Of a stretch of 64,000 bases of DNA, positions 9,940 through 19,420 are shown piece after piece. The translations under genes were made by a program, and so were the position numbers. The stretch's first letter is position 1. Every line of letters starts with the position of its first letter. This DNA comes from Alphaproteobacteria bacterium. GTDB taxonomy: Bacteria; Pseudomonadota; Alphaproteobacteria; Bin95. The stretch spans positions 832,001 through 896,000 of the forward strand of contig CAXXWS020000003.1 in NCBI GenBank assembly GCA_963665325.3. Reading direction: 5' to 3'. A model generated the notes under the pieces. It did not search any database. It saw only the letters and a program-made list of their open reading frames with translations, and was not told where the DNA came from.

Positions 9940-10721
9940 CGCCGGTCTCCGTTCATGCGTTCGAGATGCGCCTTCGCGACCTCGCGGCCCGCATCGCCCT
10001 CGGCGGCGACCGCCTCCAGTGCGGCCGCGAGGCCGATGTTCCCGGCGACGAGATCGTGCGGCGGGGCAGGATCGGCCGTGCAGCCCCGGCTCCGGCAGGG
10101 CGGGACGCCGCCCGGCGCGACGACCACGGCGGGCACGCGCCCGATGCCGAACAGGCGGAACAGGCGCGGGTCGATGGCAACGCCGGCCTTCGCCCCGCCG
10201 AGGCGCTCGCCGATCCGTTTCGCGGTGTCTGCCAGACCGCCGGCGCCGACGCCGCGCAGCACCAGCGGCGCGCCGAGGCGCGCGGCGTCGCGCGCCCACT
10301 GCCGCCAGCTCGCAGGCGGAACCGACAGGCTGGTGAAGATGAGGATTTCGGCAGTGTTGGAGCGCGACCCCGCAAACGCGGTGGAATGACGTTCGGCCGG
10401 GAGCGGGGCCGGGGAGGCTCTCCCGCCCGCGCCCTCACCGGCATCGACACCGGCATCGACCCCGGCAGCGGTCCCGGATGCCGCCTTGCCGGCCCGTTCG
10501 AGCGCACGCTCGACGATTTCGCGGGTCCACGCGCCGAGCCCGCCATCGCCCGCCTCGCGCCGCACCTCGGCCGCCAGGTCGCGGGCAAGATTTTCCGGCA
10601 CCGACGACGTGTCATCGGCCCGCACCGGACAGGCGCACGCGCCCAGCAGAAGGACGGCCGCCAGCCCGGCGAGGACGGCGCCCCTGCGGGGCGGTTTCGG
10701 CGAATTCAGAGTGCGCAGCAA
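9936..10721 (-). CDS. trbC: F-type pilin assembly protein TrbC (start approximate)
   Basis: IFTSLSVP, LVLRG, IDPRLFRLFGIGRVPAVV motifs. Confidence 0.85.
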   Translation of the reverse strand: MLRTLNSPKPPRRGAVLAGLAAVLLLGACACPVRADDTSSVPENLARDLAAEVRREAGDGGLGAWTREIVERALERAGKAASGTAAGVDAGVDAGEGAGGRASPAPLPAERHSTAFAGSRSNTAEILIFTSLSVPPASWRQWARDAARLGAPLVLRGVGAGGLADTAKRIGERLGGAKAGVAIDPRLFRLFGIGRVPAVVVAPGGVPPCRSRGCTADPAPPHDLVAGNIGLAAALEAVAAEGDAGREVAKAHLERMNGDRR

Positions 10722-11710
10722 TTCCGTTTTCTCCACAGCAGGTAGCCGAAGCTCTCGCCCGAGACCGGCAGCTCGCGCAGCGTCTCCCAGAGCACGGACG
10801 AGCGCCCGGTCGGGTTGCAGCCGGTGCGCGGCGTCGTGGCCGGCACGGGCTGGGTCATCTGCCAGCGGTACTGGCTCTTCTTCATCACCGGCATCGGATA
10901 GCGCCCGCAGAGCGCGGCCGAGCCCGAGGTGCCCCAGGTGAGCCCGGCGCGGTGCAGCCGGTAGACCAGCCGCTGGGCCGCCAGCAGCGACGCCTGCACG
11001 CCGCCGACATGGGCGGCGACGTTGCCGGTCAGCGGATACATCCCGCCCTGGCAGCCGGCGCACCAGAACATGGGATCGAGCGGCAGCCCGACGGAGGAGG
11101 CCGCGCAGTCGGCCGCGCACGCGGCCTGCGCCGGCAGGTTGGCGAACAGCGCGGCTTCCGGGTTGAGCAGGAACGACAGCTCGTCGTCCAGCCAGGCCGG
11201 ATCGAGCTCCGAGGTCCAGGCGATATCCAGGCCGCCCCCTTCGAGGCAGCCGAGATCGAGCAGCGCCCCGATCCAGGACAGCAGCGGATACATGTAATAG
11301 TGCGCGTGCCAGACCGAGCCGGTGGCGCCGTCGCCGCCCGACGACCCCGTGCGCCCCCTTGCGGCCGGCAGCCCCGGATCGACGGTGAGGCCGCCCAGGT
11401 TGGGGAAGCACCAGGGTTTGCGGGTCACGTCCATCAGCCGGGCCGGCTCCCACACGCCGAGCGATATCCCGATCCGGGGAATCGGCGAGCCGCAGAGGCA
11501 GATCGGCGATCCCGGATTCGGCGTGTCCGGCGCGCCCGAAGCGCTGCCCATCCGGATCGGCCCGATCGATATCGGGAACAGGCACTCCCAGCACACGTCC
11601 GAGATCGGGTTGACGAACCGCCCGGTGCAGGCTTGCGCTGTGGCCGGGCCGGACCACAGCACGGCCGCCAGCAGGACCAGCGCCGGCAGCGGAACCACGC
11701 GGCGCATCAT
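10706..11710 (-). CDS. traU: TraU
   Basis: CTGRFVNPISDVCWECLFPISIG start and YLLWRKRNCC end. Confidence 0.93.
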   Translation of the reverse strand: MMRRVVPLPALVLLAAVLWSGPATAQACTGRFVNPISDVCWECLFPISIGPIRMGSASGAPDTPNPGSPICLCGSPIPRIGISLGVWEPARLMDVTRKPWCFPNLGGLTVDPGLPAARGRTGSSGGDGATGSVWHAHYYMYPLLSWIGALLDLGCLEGGGLDIAWTSELDPAWLDDELSFLLNPEAALFANLPAQAACAADCAASSVGLPLDPMFWCAGCQGGMYPLTGNVAAHVGGVQASLLAAQRLVYRLHRAGLTWGTSGSAALCGRYPMPVMKKSQYRWQMTQPVPATTPRTGCNPTGRSSVLWETLRELPVSGESFGYLLWRKRNCCAL

Positions 11711-12111
11711 GCCTCGGCATCCGGCTCGTCGGCGCCATCCCCGGCATCATGCGTTGCGTCGGCGGACCGCCGGCCCGACAGGATGTTGACGGCGTCCTGC
11801 CGTCGGGAGACGACGATCTCGGTGATCGTCCGGTCGGTCCCTTCCGGATCGCGGAAGGTTCGCGTCGCGATCCGGCCCTCGACCATGACCGCATCGCCTT
11901 TGCGTAGCATCTTCGAGACCGGCTCGACGGCCGGCCCGTAGACCACCACCCGGTGCCACTCGGTCGCCTCGGAAGGCCGGCCCTCGCGGTCGGTCCATTT
12001 CTCGGTGGTGGCGAGCGAGAAGACCGCCGCCTTGCTACCATTCTTCAGGTCGCGGATCTTGGGATCGCGCCCGGCATGGCCCAGCAGCGTCGTCCGGTTC
12101 ATGTTCAGCAT
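11707..12111 (-). CDS. ssb: Single-stranded DNA-binding protein
   Basis: LLGHAGRDP, FSLAT, TEWHRVV, LRKGDAVMVEGRI OB-fold motifs. Confidence 0.9.
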   Translation of the reverse strand: MLNMNRTTLLGHAGRDPKIRDLKNGSKAAVFSLATTEKWTDREGRPSEATEWHRVVVYGPAVEPVSKMLRKGDAVMVEGRIATRTFRDPEGTDRTITEIVVSRRQDAVNILSGRRSADATHDAGDGADEPDAEA

Positions 12112-12115
12112 GGTC

Positions 12116-12775
12116 TCAGTCCTTCCCTTCTGTGTTGGGTATCTCCCGGTCCTCGACCGGGATTTCCGCAATGCGGAGCCGCGTCCCGTCCTGCGCGACC
12201 AGGCTCGGCGTGAAACGCAGACCGAAGCGCACGGCGAGGCGTCCGCCCCGGTCGAAGAAGAAAGGCCGGCCGTAACGGCGCATCAGGTCGAGCGGCCGGC
12301 CGGCGAGCAGCACGATCTTCGCGGGACGGTCATGAGAGAGCGCCCAGGCGATTTCGGCCTCGCGCCGGCCGTCGACGAACAGCAGGTCGCGCGCGAGCGC
12401 GATCCGCTCCAACGGATTGACCCGCGTTCCTGCGGCAGCGATGAGCGTGCCGTCGGAGGTTCGGATGTCCCGCGCGACCGTAATGGCGGGATCGATCAAG
12501 CGGCTGCGTTCCCTCGTGGCGGGCGCGATTCCGGGCACCGGGTCCGGTTCCTCCAGCTTTCGCCGGGCATTGGTGAGGGCCTCCTCTTGCAGCCGCGCTA
12601 ACTCGCCCGAACGCTGCATCTCCAGCAATCGCGCCTCGATCTGCGCCAGCAGGTCGGGCTCGGCCACCGGCCAGGTCGCGCCGCGCACGCCGAGATCCTT
12701 CGCGGAAACGGCGCCCGGAAGCGCGGTCGCGAACAATACGGCGGCGGCAAGCGTCGTCGGGAATGGACCCCTCAT
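12116..12775 (-). CDS. traW: TraW
   Basis: DLGVRGATWPVAEPDLL, GTRVNPL, FFDRGG motifs. Confidence 0.9.
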   Translation of the reverse strand: MRGPFPTTLAAAVLFATALPGAVSAKDLGVRGATWPVAEPDLLAQIEARLLEMQRSGELARLQEEALTNARRKLEEPDPVPGIAPATRERSRLIDPAITVARDIRTSDGTLIAAAGTRVNPLERIALARDLLFVDGRREAEIAWALSHDRPAKIVLLAGRPLDLMRRYGRPFFFDRGGRLAVRFGLRFTPSLVAQDGTRLRIAEIPVEDREIPNTEGKD

Positions 12776-13428
12776 TGCACCGTCTCCAGTCGATCGTCCC
12801 GGGCATTTGCTGCATCTTCCGCCTCCCTGGGCGCCTGTCCCTCGGCTGGATGCGGCAGCACCGTGGCGGCGCCGTCAGGGGACCCGGCATCGTCAGGCCC
12901 TACCAGCGGCCCCTTCAGGCCGAGCCAGGGGATGTCCGGCAGGCGGACGGCGCGTCCGAGGATGCGCCCGCGCGGCACGAGGCCGATCTCCGCGTAGCGG
13001 CTGTCATGGCTGTCCCGGTGATCGGCGTGCAGGTAGAAATGCCCCGGCGGGATGACGCCCGGCGCGATGGCTTGCAGCGACCGCCCGTCGAGCGCGTGCG
13101 TCTTGGCCCGGCCGACCGCCTCGCCGTGCAGAAAGACCGTTCTGTCCTTTCCGACCGAGACGCGCATGCCCGGCACACCGCGCACCGTCTTGAGATACGG
13201 GACTGGGGAATCGAAGGACGGAGCCTGGCCCGGCCCCTGAGGCGGGCGCGGCTCGAACAGCACCCGGTCGCCGATCTCCGGATCCGCGCCGAACAGCGGG
13301 AAGGCGGCATAGCCCCAGGCGCCGTCGGACCAGCTTGCATTGACATGGACGCGCGAGGCTCCGGCGAGCCAGAGCGCCGCCAGCGCCACCATGACCGCCA
13401 GGCCGGCATTGCGGCGCCGCGCGGTCAT
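12772..13428 (-). CDS. Conjugative S26 signal peptidase (TrhF/TraF-P-like pilin processing)
   Basis: NASWS catalytic Ser region, YLKTVRGVPG, SHDSRY motifs. Confidence 0.82.
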   Translation of the reverse strand: MTARRRNAGLAVMVALAALWLAGASRVHVNASWSDGAWGYAAFPLFGADPEIGDRVLFEPRPPQGPGQAPSFDSPVPYLKTVRGVPGMRVSVGKDRTVFLHGEAVGRAKTHALDGRSLQAIAPGVIPPGHFYLHADHRDSHDSRYAEIGLVPRGRILGRAVRLPDIPWLGLKGPLVGPDDAGSPDGAATVLPHPAEGQAPREAEDAANARDDRLETVQ

Positions 13429-13802
13429 GGCCGCGTCCCGCGGTCCGGCGCCGCGGACCCCGCCATGGCCGCGTCCAGCGCCGCCTCGATCCCGGCGGTG
13501 AGGTCCGGCGCGCCCGCCGCGACCGCGCGGGCCGGCAGCAGCACGACCCGGTGACGGTCCGCGGTTTCCCGAAGCGTCCTTTCCAGCGCCGCCGCCCAGG
13601 CCCGGGTCCGCGCCGCGGACGCGTCCGCCGATGCCCCGCTGTCCGCCGCGCGAACGGCCCAGGCCGCGGTCAGCTCGCCCAGCCGCACGGTGGCGATGCC
13701 GGGCGCCGGCGCCGCGCCGAGACGCGTCACGGCGGCCGAGACCGCCGCCGCGACGCCGGCCGCAAGCAGCACGGCCGCGGCGAGAACCCGCAGGTCGCTC
13801 AC
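13425..13802 (-). CDS. trbI: TrbI-like F-type conjugation protein
   Basis: N-terminal TM, IATVRL, VVLLPARAVAAGAPDLT; position between traC and traW. Confidence 0.7.
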   Translation of the reverse strand: MSDLRVLAAAVLLAAGVAAAVSAAVTRLGAAPAPGIATVRLGELTAAWAVRAADSGASADASAARTRAWAAALERTLRETADRHRVVLLPARAVAAGAPDLTAGIEAALDAAMAGSAAPDRGTRP

Positions 13803-14116
13803 CGCCGGCCTCCCGCGCCCCGCCCGGGACGGTCGCAATCCCCGGGACGGTCGCAACGCCCGCGCGCGGGCATGAAGACGTAGTCGCGCGTCTCGCGGTG
13901 CTTGAACCAGGCGACGCCCGCCTCGTCGTGGAACATGTAGAAGTAGTGGCCGGCCCAGTCGCGGTCGGACGGCCTGCCCGACAGCACCCCGGCGTCGATG
14001 GCGGCGCGGAACACCTCCTCGGCGTCCCGCACGACCCGGATCCGGGGCGGCCGCCGGCGCCGGCGCCCGCCGCCCCGTTCGACCCCTTCGTGGGCGCCAT
14101 GCCGGTCACGCCGCAT
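13799..14116 (-). CDS. Hypothetical protein within tra operon
   Basis: Overlaps both neighbours; globular-looking core (AEEVFRAAIDAGVLS...HYFYMFHD...FKHRETRDY). Confidence 0.55.
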   Translation of the reverse strand: MRRDRHGAHEGVERGGGRRRRRPPRIRVVRDAEEVFRAAIDAGVLSGRPSDRDWAGHYFYMFHDEAGVAWFKHRETRDYVFMPARGRCDRPGDCDRPGRGAGGRR

Positions 14117-14906
14117 CGCGCTCTCCCGCGCGGTCCACCCGCGCCGCTTGCGTATCTTCCTGTTCCTTCTCCGGTAGGTGCGCGACATCCCCTGTCTCCC
14201 TGTCATGGTCGGTTTCGATCCGTTCGGGCGCCCCGGCGCCGGCGTTTCCCGGCGGGCGGGCGAGCGCCTCGAAGCGTTCCAGCCACAGCGCCGCCGCCCG
14301 GTCCGGCTCCAGCGGCCGGACGCGGCGCTTGAGCGGCGGGAACGCGACCCCCGGCCCGGCGTCGCCGGCGACGGCGAGATCGCGGCGCTCGGCCGCCGCC
14401 GCCATGCGGGCGACGAAGCGCAGCAGTTCGCGATGATCGTCCGCCAGCGCCGGATCGAGCCCGGCCGCCTCGCGCATCGCCCCTTCGATGCGGGCTGCGA
14501 GACGGTTCGCCCGGTCCGCCGCCCGCTGCGATTCCGCCGTCCCGGGACCGGATCGGCCGCCGGGCCGGCCGCCGGACCGGTCCCCGAGCCAGGCGGCGGG
14601 GGCGTCGGCGAGCAGCGCATGCAGCGCCAGCGCCCGGCGGTCCTCCGCGCCGAGCCCGTCGAGCGCCTCGATCTCGGCGCTCACCAGCACCGCGTGCCCG
14701 GCGAGCGAGTGGTAGGCCGCGATCCGCCCGCCATGGCGGCAGATGTTGGCGAGCACCCGGGCGACCGCCCGGAAGTCGATATCGGCGGCCGTCACGGTTT
14801 CCGGGTCGCCGGGCCAGTCGCCGGGCCAGTTCAGGGCAGGGCCCTCCCGCCCGCCTGCCGCCGCGGACCGGTGCGTCCGCGCCCCTCTACGCCTCGTTGC
14901 GCTCAT
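14106..14906 (-). CDS. YfbR/YfdR-like HD-domain phosphohydrolase homolog with degenerate HD motif
   Basis: LANICRHGG..YHSLAGHAVLVS..ALLADAPAAWLGD resembles the family pattern CRFNG..YSVAQHS..LLHDAAEAYLGD. Confidence 0.65.
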   Translation of the reverse strand: MSATRRRGARTHRSAAAGGREGPALNWPGDWPGDPETVTAADIDFRAVARVLANICRHGGRIAAYHSLAGHAVLVSAEIEALDGLGAEDRRALALHALLADAPAAWLGDRSGGRPGGRSGPGTAESQRAADRANRLAARIEGAMREAAGLDPALADDHRELLRFVARMAAAAERRDLAVAGDAGPGVAFPPLKRRVRPLEPDRAAALWLERFEALARPPGNAGAGAPERIETDHDRETGDVAHLPEKEQEDTQAARVDRAGERDAA

Positions 14907-17580
14907 CCGCGCCTCCTTGTGTTTGTGGTTCGTTCTTCGCCGGGTTCAAGAAAATGCCGCCCGGCGGTTTCGGGGAGCCGCCCGAAGCGCTCCCGGCGGG
15001 CGCACCGCCGGCGGCGATGCGGTCGATCGCCTCGACCGTGGTCAGTCCCTCGGCCTTCAGCGTCTCGACGGCCGCGAAGGCCGGGCCGCGCGAGGAGAAG
15101 AGCGCCACCGACCAGTCATCCAGCACGAGCCGCGCGACCCGCCAGCCGTCGGGACCGTGCAGGACCAGCTCGGCCCAACGCCCGTCGGCGGTCGCGAGGC
15201 TCTTCAAGGCCCGCTCCATGCCGGGGTCGCAGTGGATGCGCTTCTCCTGCTTGAGCAGTTCCACCGACTCGTCCTTCTGGGCGAGGAAGATCACCCAGTC
15301 CGAGTTCTCCCAGGCCGCCCGCGCCGCCGGGTTGGCGTAGTAGTCGTTGACGCTCTGCGTGCCCGTAATCAGCGCGCCGCGGTATTTGCGGGCGCGCCGG
15401 GCGGCGCCTTCAAGAAAGGCGCGGCTGTCCTCGCCCGAGAGCAGGTCCCAGGCCTCGTCGATGACGATCGCCTTCGCCCGCGTGCGCGGGCCGTGATACA
15501 TGCGCTGGGTGGCGAGAAAGACCACCAGCATGAGGACCACGCCCTGGACGTCGCCGCGACCCTTCAGCTCGGCGAGCTCGAACACGGTGAGCGGGTTGTC
15601 GAGCGACGGCGTCTGCGAGCCCTCGAACAGCCGCCCCATGGCGCCGCCCGGGCGCCAGGGGCCGAGCGCGGTCGCCATGTCCTTCGCGCGCCGGTCGTCC
15701 CGGTCCGCGAGACGGCCCTGCACCGTGCCGAGGTCGGCGCCGTTGCCGGCCTCGTCCCAGGCCGCCGCGATGGCCTCGTCGATCAGCGCCGCCTCGATGT
15801 CGTCCATGGTCCCGCGCCGGCGGCACATGCGCCGGACGACGCCGGCCAGCATCGCGAGGCACTCCTCGCGGTAGTCGCCGTCATGGGCGGCGGTCGCCGC
15901 GTCGATCATGGCGAAGGGGTTGAGCCGCGCGGGATCCTTGCCGAAGGCGATGAACTCGCCGCCGAGCGCCTCGGCGGCGTGCTGGAACGAGCGGCCGTCG
16001 TCGATCACCACGGCCTCGCCGCCGGCGCCGACGATGCCGGTCACCAGCTCCTGCATCAGCACAGACTTGCCGGAGCCGGACTTGCCGGTGACCGCGACGT
16101 TGTAGTTGCCGGCCTCGTTGGCGAAGGGCGACCAGCAGGCCGGCTGTCCGCGGCGGCCGACCAGGAACAGGGCGGGCGGGGTGTCGGCCTGCGCCGCGCT
16201 GCCATGCAACCCGCCGTGCAACCCGCCATGGCCGCGCCACTCGCCATGCACCGGCGCCAGATTGACGGCGGACGAGGTCAGCAGCGTCTTCATCCTGCCG
16301 AAGCGCTCGAGGTCGGCGTCGAGCCCGCCGGCCGCCGCCATCGGCAGGCAGGCGAGCCACGACGGCAGCTGGACGTAGCGTTCGGCGGCGACGCGCCAGC
16401 CCTGGCCGTGATAGATCGCGCGCACCGCCTGCTCGGCCTCGTCGATGGCGTCGAGCGGCGCGTAGACACAAGATGTGTAGCAGGCCCGGACCAGCCGCTC
16501 GCCGTCCTTGAGGCGCTCGGTGACGATGCGCCAGTCGCGCGCCTTCTCGGGCAGCCCCGGCAGATAGCGCGCGATGCCGGTGCCGGCCTGCTGGGTCGCG
16601 CGGGCCGATTTCAGGAACGCCTTCTCGCCGGTGGCCGCATCGCCGGTCCGGACCGTCAGCGCGGTCAGCACCGGGCAGCCGGGCTGGAGGAAGTCGCGGT
16701 GGAAGTCGCCGATCAGCGCGTTGCCGCGCCAGCCCGGCCAGACCTCGGGGAAGGCCAGCGCCGAGAGCGCCCGGACCGCCACGTCCGTACCGTCGGGATC
16801 GTGGAACACCAGCCCCGCCGGCGAGACCGAGAGCGCGCGGCCGGGCGCGGCGCACTGGAGGTGGATCGGATCGCGCGGCGACCAGCGCCGGCGCGGGCGC
16901 TCCATGGCTCCGTCTTCGTATTCGGCGCCGCGCTCGCCCGGGATGCGGGGCGCGGCCAGCTCGGCGGCGAGCGCGAGCAGCGCGTCCGGCTCCAGGCGCA
17001 GCGCCGCCGCGCCGGCCGAGGCGAGCGTGCCTTCGAGCGCCCGGCGGAACGCGCCGAGCGCGGTCTCCGAGGCCGGTCCCGGTCCGGCGGAATGCCCGGT
17101 TCCGCCCGCCAGGCAGGCGGTCACGAACACCCGGTAGTCCGAGAGGGTGAAGGGCGGGCCGCCGTCGTGCAGCGGCCGCCAGCCGGCAGGGGCGAAGAGC
17201 GCCCGGCGCCGGCGCGCCATGGTCGCGCGGGCGCCGCCGCCGTCCCGCGCCGCGGCCCAGGCCGCGAGCGGCGCGCCGAAGCGCGGGCTCGCCCAGTGGA
17301 TCACCTGGATGGTGCAATGCTCCGGCGCGGCGTCGGCGAGCGTGCCGGAGAGCGCGCCCAGCGTCTCGGCGTCGATGCCGGCGAACGGCGGCAGCTCGAG
17401 AACGAAGCCGCAGCTTCGCGCGTTGACATAGAGCTCGCTCGCCGGGTCCCAGGCCCGCCACGGCAACAGCTCGTGCAGCGGCGGCGGCATCTCCGGCGGC
17501 GCCCAGGGCGCCAGCGAGTCCGGTCCCGCCATCAGCGCCGTCAGCCGCCCGAACCCGGATCGGGTCGGGGACAGGGTCAC
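14887..17580 (-). CDS. traC: F-type T4SS ATPase TraC (VirB4-like)
   Basis: NYNVAVTGKSGSGKS Walker A, IDDGRSF, IVIDEAW, RRARKY..TQS. Confidence 0.93.
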   Translation of the reverse strand: MTLSPTRSGFGRLTALMAGPDSLAPWAPPEMPPPLHELLPWRAWDPASELYVNARSCGFVLELPPFAGIDAETLGALSGTLADAAPEHCTIQVIHWASPRFGAPLAAWAAARDGGGARATMARRRRALFAPAGWRPLHDGGPPFTLSDYRVFVTACLAGGTGHSAGPGPASETALGAFRRALEGTLASAGAAALRLEPDALLALAAELAAPRIPGERGAEYEDGAMERPRRRWSPRDPIHLQCAAPGRALSVSPAGLVFHDPDGTDVAVRALSALAFPEVWPGWRGNALIGDFHRDFLQPGCPVLTALTVRTGDAATGEKAFLKSARATQQAGTGIARYLPGLPEKARDWRIVTERLKDGERLVRACYTSCVYAPLDAIDEAEQAVRAIYHGQGWRVAAERYVQLPSWLACLPMAAAGGLDADLERFGRMKTLLTSSAVNLAPVHGEWRGHGGLHGGLHGSAAQADTPPALFLVGRRGQPACWSPFANEAGNYNVAVTGKSGSGKSVLMQELVTGIVGAGGEAVVIDDGRSFQHAAEALGGEFIAFGKDPARLNPFAMIDAATAAHDGDYREECLAMLAGVVRRMCRRRGTMDDIEAALIDEAIAAAWDEAGNGADLGTVQGRLADRDDRRAKDMATALGPWRPGGAMGRLFEGSQTPSLDNPLTVFELAELKGRGDVQGVVLMLVVFLATQRMYHGPRTRAKAIVIDEAWDLLSGEDSRAFLEGAARRARKYRGALITGTQSVNDYYANPAARAAWENSDWVIFLAQKDESVELLKQEKRIHCDPGMERALKSLATADGRWAELVLHGPDGWRVARLVLDDWSVALFSSRGPAFAAVETLKAEGLTTVEAIDRIAAGGAPAGSASGGSPKPPGGIFLNPAKNEPQTQGGADERNEA

Positions 17581-18164
17581 GGCAGCCTCCAGCGGGCCGG
17601 CGCGATCACCACCCGCACCCAGCCGGCCTCGCGGTAGACGCCGGCGCCGTCGACGAAGGGCGCGATCCAGATGCGCCCGATCACCTCGCCGGTCCGCAGG
17701 CCGCCGACCCCGGAGGCCGGATCGGCCTGTGCCGCCGGATCGGCCGGGGCGACCGGGCCGGAGGCCGCGGGAGCGGCCGCGACGTCCGGCCGGGCGTCCG
17801 GAACCGACCCGTCCGGCGGTTCGTCCGCCGCCTCCGGTTCGTCGGCCGCGAACAGCCCGGCGAGCCAGGAGAACGGGTTGCAGGTTCCGGCGCAGCCGTG
17901 TCCGCCGTCGCCGGCCGCGTCCCGCTCCGCCGCCGCCGCCGCGCGGATCTCGTAGAGCGGTTCGCGGATCGCCACGGTCCGGGCGGGGCCGGGCTTGGCG
18001 ACCGCCGGGTCGGCGCCGGCGACGCTGACGCAGGCCTTGCCCTGGGCCAGCGGGCACTGCCAGTCGCTGCCGACATTGGCGCCGGTGCAGCCCGCCAGCG
18101 CCAGCGCGGCGCCCAGCGCCGCCGCGGCCCGCAGCCGGCCGCATGGTGTCTTCGCTTCGGTCAT
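17577..18164 (-). CDS. traV: TraV lipoprotein
   Basis: Lipobox LAGC, C-x6-C, RIWIAPFVD motif. Confidence 0.88.
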   Translation of the reverse strand: MTEAKTPCGRLRAAAALGAALALAGCTGANVGSDWQCPLAQGKACVSVAGADPAVAKPGPARTVAIREPLYEIRAAAAAERDAAGDGGHGCAGTCNPFSWLAGLFAADEPEAADEPPDGSVPDARPDVAAAPAASGPVAPADPAAQADPASGVGGLRTGEVIGRIWIAPFVDGAGVYREAGWVRVVIAPARWRLP

Positions 18165-19420
18165 CTCGATTTCTCCCTGTTCGGACGTTTCGGTTCCGTC
18201 AGCCCGTCCAGGCGGGCGCCTTCAAGGAACACCACGGAGACGCGGGTCCCGGCGCGCAGCTGGATCACCGGCTGGTACTGCTCGGCGCGGCGGATCATGT
18301 AGTCGGCGACCTTCTGCCCGGCGCTCGACGCGCCGGCGCCGAGGCCGGCCCGGCCGATATCGCCGAGACCGGTATTGGCGACCGCGGCGCCGCCGCCGGT
18401 CGCCACCGCCTGCGGCCGGAAGGCGCCGGCGACGCCCTGGCCGACGCCCGAGACCATGCCGGCGAGGAAGGCCTTCTCGACCAGCGCCCCCTCGCGGCTC
18501 ACCACCGGGCCGCGCACGCCCGCCTTGCCGGAGCCGGCGACGAAGCCCGCGACCTCGGTCTCGACCACCGTGTCCGGCGCCTCGCCGGCGCAGGTCATGG
18601 TGCGGAGCCGCACATAGACCTTCTCGGACGAGAGGTCGCCATAGGCGGCGCCGGTGACGGTGCAGCCGGCGAGATCGACCTCGAGCGCGGCGCCGTTGCC
18701 CCGGACGCCGTTGCCATGGAAATCGGTCGCAGCCGCGGTCCAGGCCGGACCGGTGAGCCGCAGCAGCACCGGGCGCGGATCGCCCTGGGACGCGACGCCG
18801 GCCGAGGCGTCGACGCCCGCCAGCACCACGGCCTCGGCATGGCTGCCGGCCGGAAGCCAGCGCCCGAGCGGCTTCGCGCCGCCGGGCGAACCGCTGCGGC
18901 CCGCGTCGTCGAGGTCGAACCGCTCGATCAGCGGCACGGGCGCGAGCTCCGGAACCGGCTTCTTTCCCGAACCGCCGGCGGACGGAGCCGCGGGCGTTGC
19001 CGGGAAGAAGCCGTCTGCCGGCGGCGAAGTCTCCGTAGCCGGCGCCTGCGCCGCCCGGCGGGTCATCTCCTCGATGACCGCGGCCTGACGGTCGATCACC
19101 GCCCGCGCGTCCTCGGCGCCGGCGCGCAGCTGCCGGCGCAGCTTCTCGTTGTCGTCCGCCAGGCGGCGGTTGGCGCCCTCCATCTCGCGCAGCCGCGATT
19201 CGATGCCGCCGATGCGCGATTCCGAACGCCGGATCCAGGTCTCCTCGGCCGTGCCCGGCCCGGCCAGCTCGGCATCGATGGCCGCGCGCGGCACGGGGGG
19301 GCTCCCGCCGCCGGCGCCGATCCAGACCGCGACGCCTGCGAGCGCAACCGCGGCGAGCCCGGAGAACAGCACGAGCTGGTTGCGGCGGTTCTGCCGCGTC
19401 GCCCGGTCTTCCGTGCTCAT
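18161..19420 (-). CDS. traB: TraB (VirB10-like)
   Basis: TM plus coiled coil, LPAGS, GAAYGDLSSEKVYVR, ADYMIRRAEQYQPVI. Confidence 0.9.
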   Translation of the reverse strand: MSTEDRATRQNRRNQLVLFSGLAAVALAGVAVWIGAGGGSPPVPRAAIDAELAGPGTAEETWIRRSESRIGGIESRLREMEGANRRLADDNEKLRRQLRAGAEDARAVIDRQAAVIEEMTRRAAQAPATETSPPADGFFPATPAAPSAGGSGKKPVPELAPVPLIERFDLDDAGRSGSPGGAKPLGRWLPAGSHAEAVVLAGVDASAGVASQGDPRPVLLRLTGPAWTAAATDFHGNGVRGNGAALEVDLAGCTVTGAAYGDLSSEKVYVRLRTMTCAGEAPDTVVETEVAGFVAGSGKAGVRGPVVSREGALVEKAFLAGMVSGVGQGVAGAFRPQAVATGGGAAVANTGLGDIGRAGLGAGASSAGQKVADYMIRRAEQYQPVIQLRAGTRVSVVFLEGARLDGLTEPKRPNREKSR

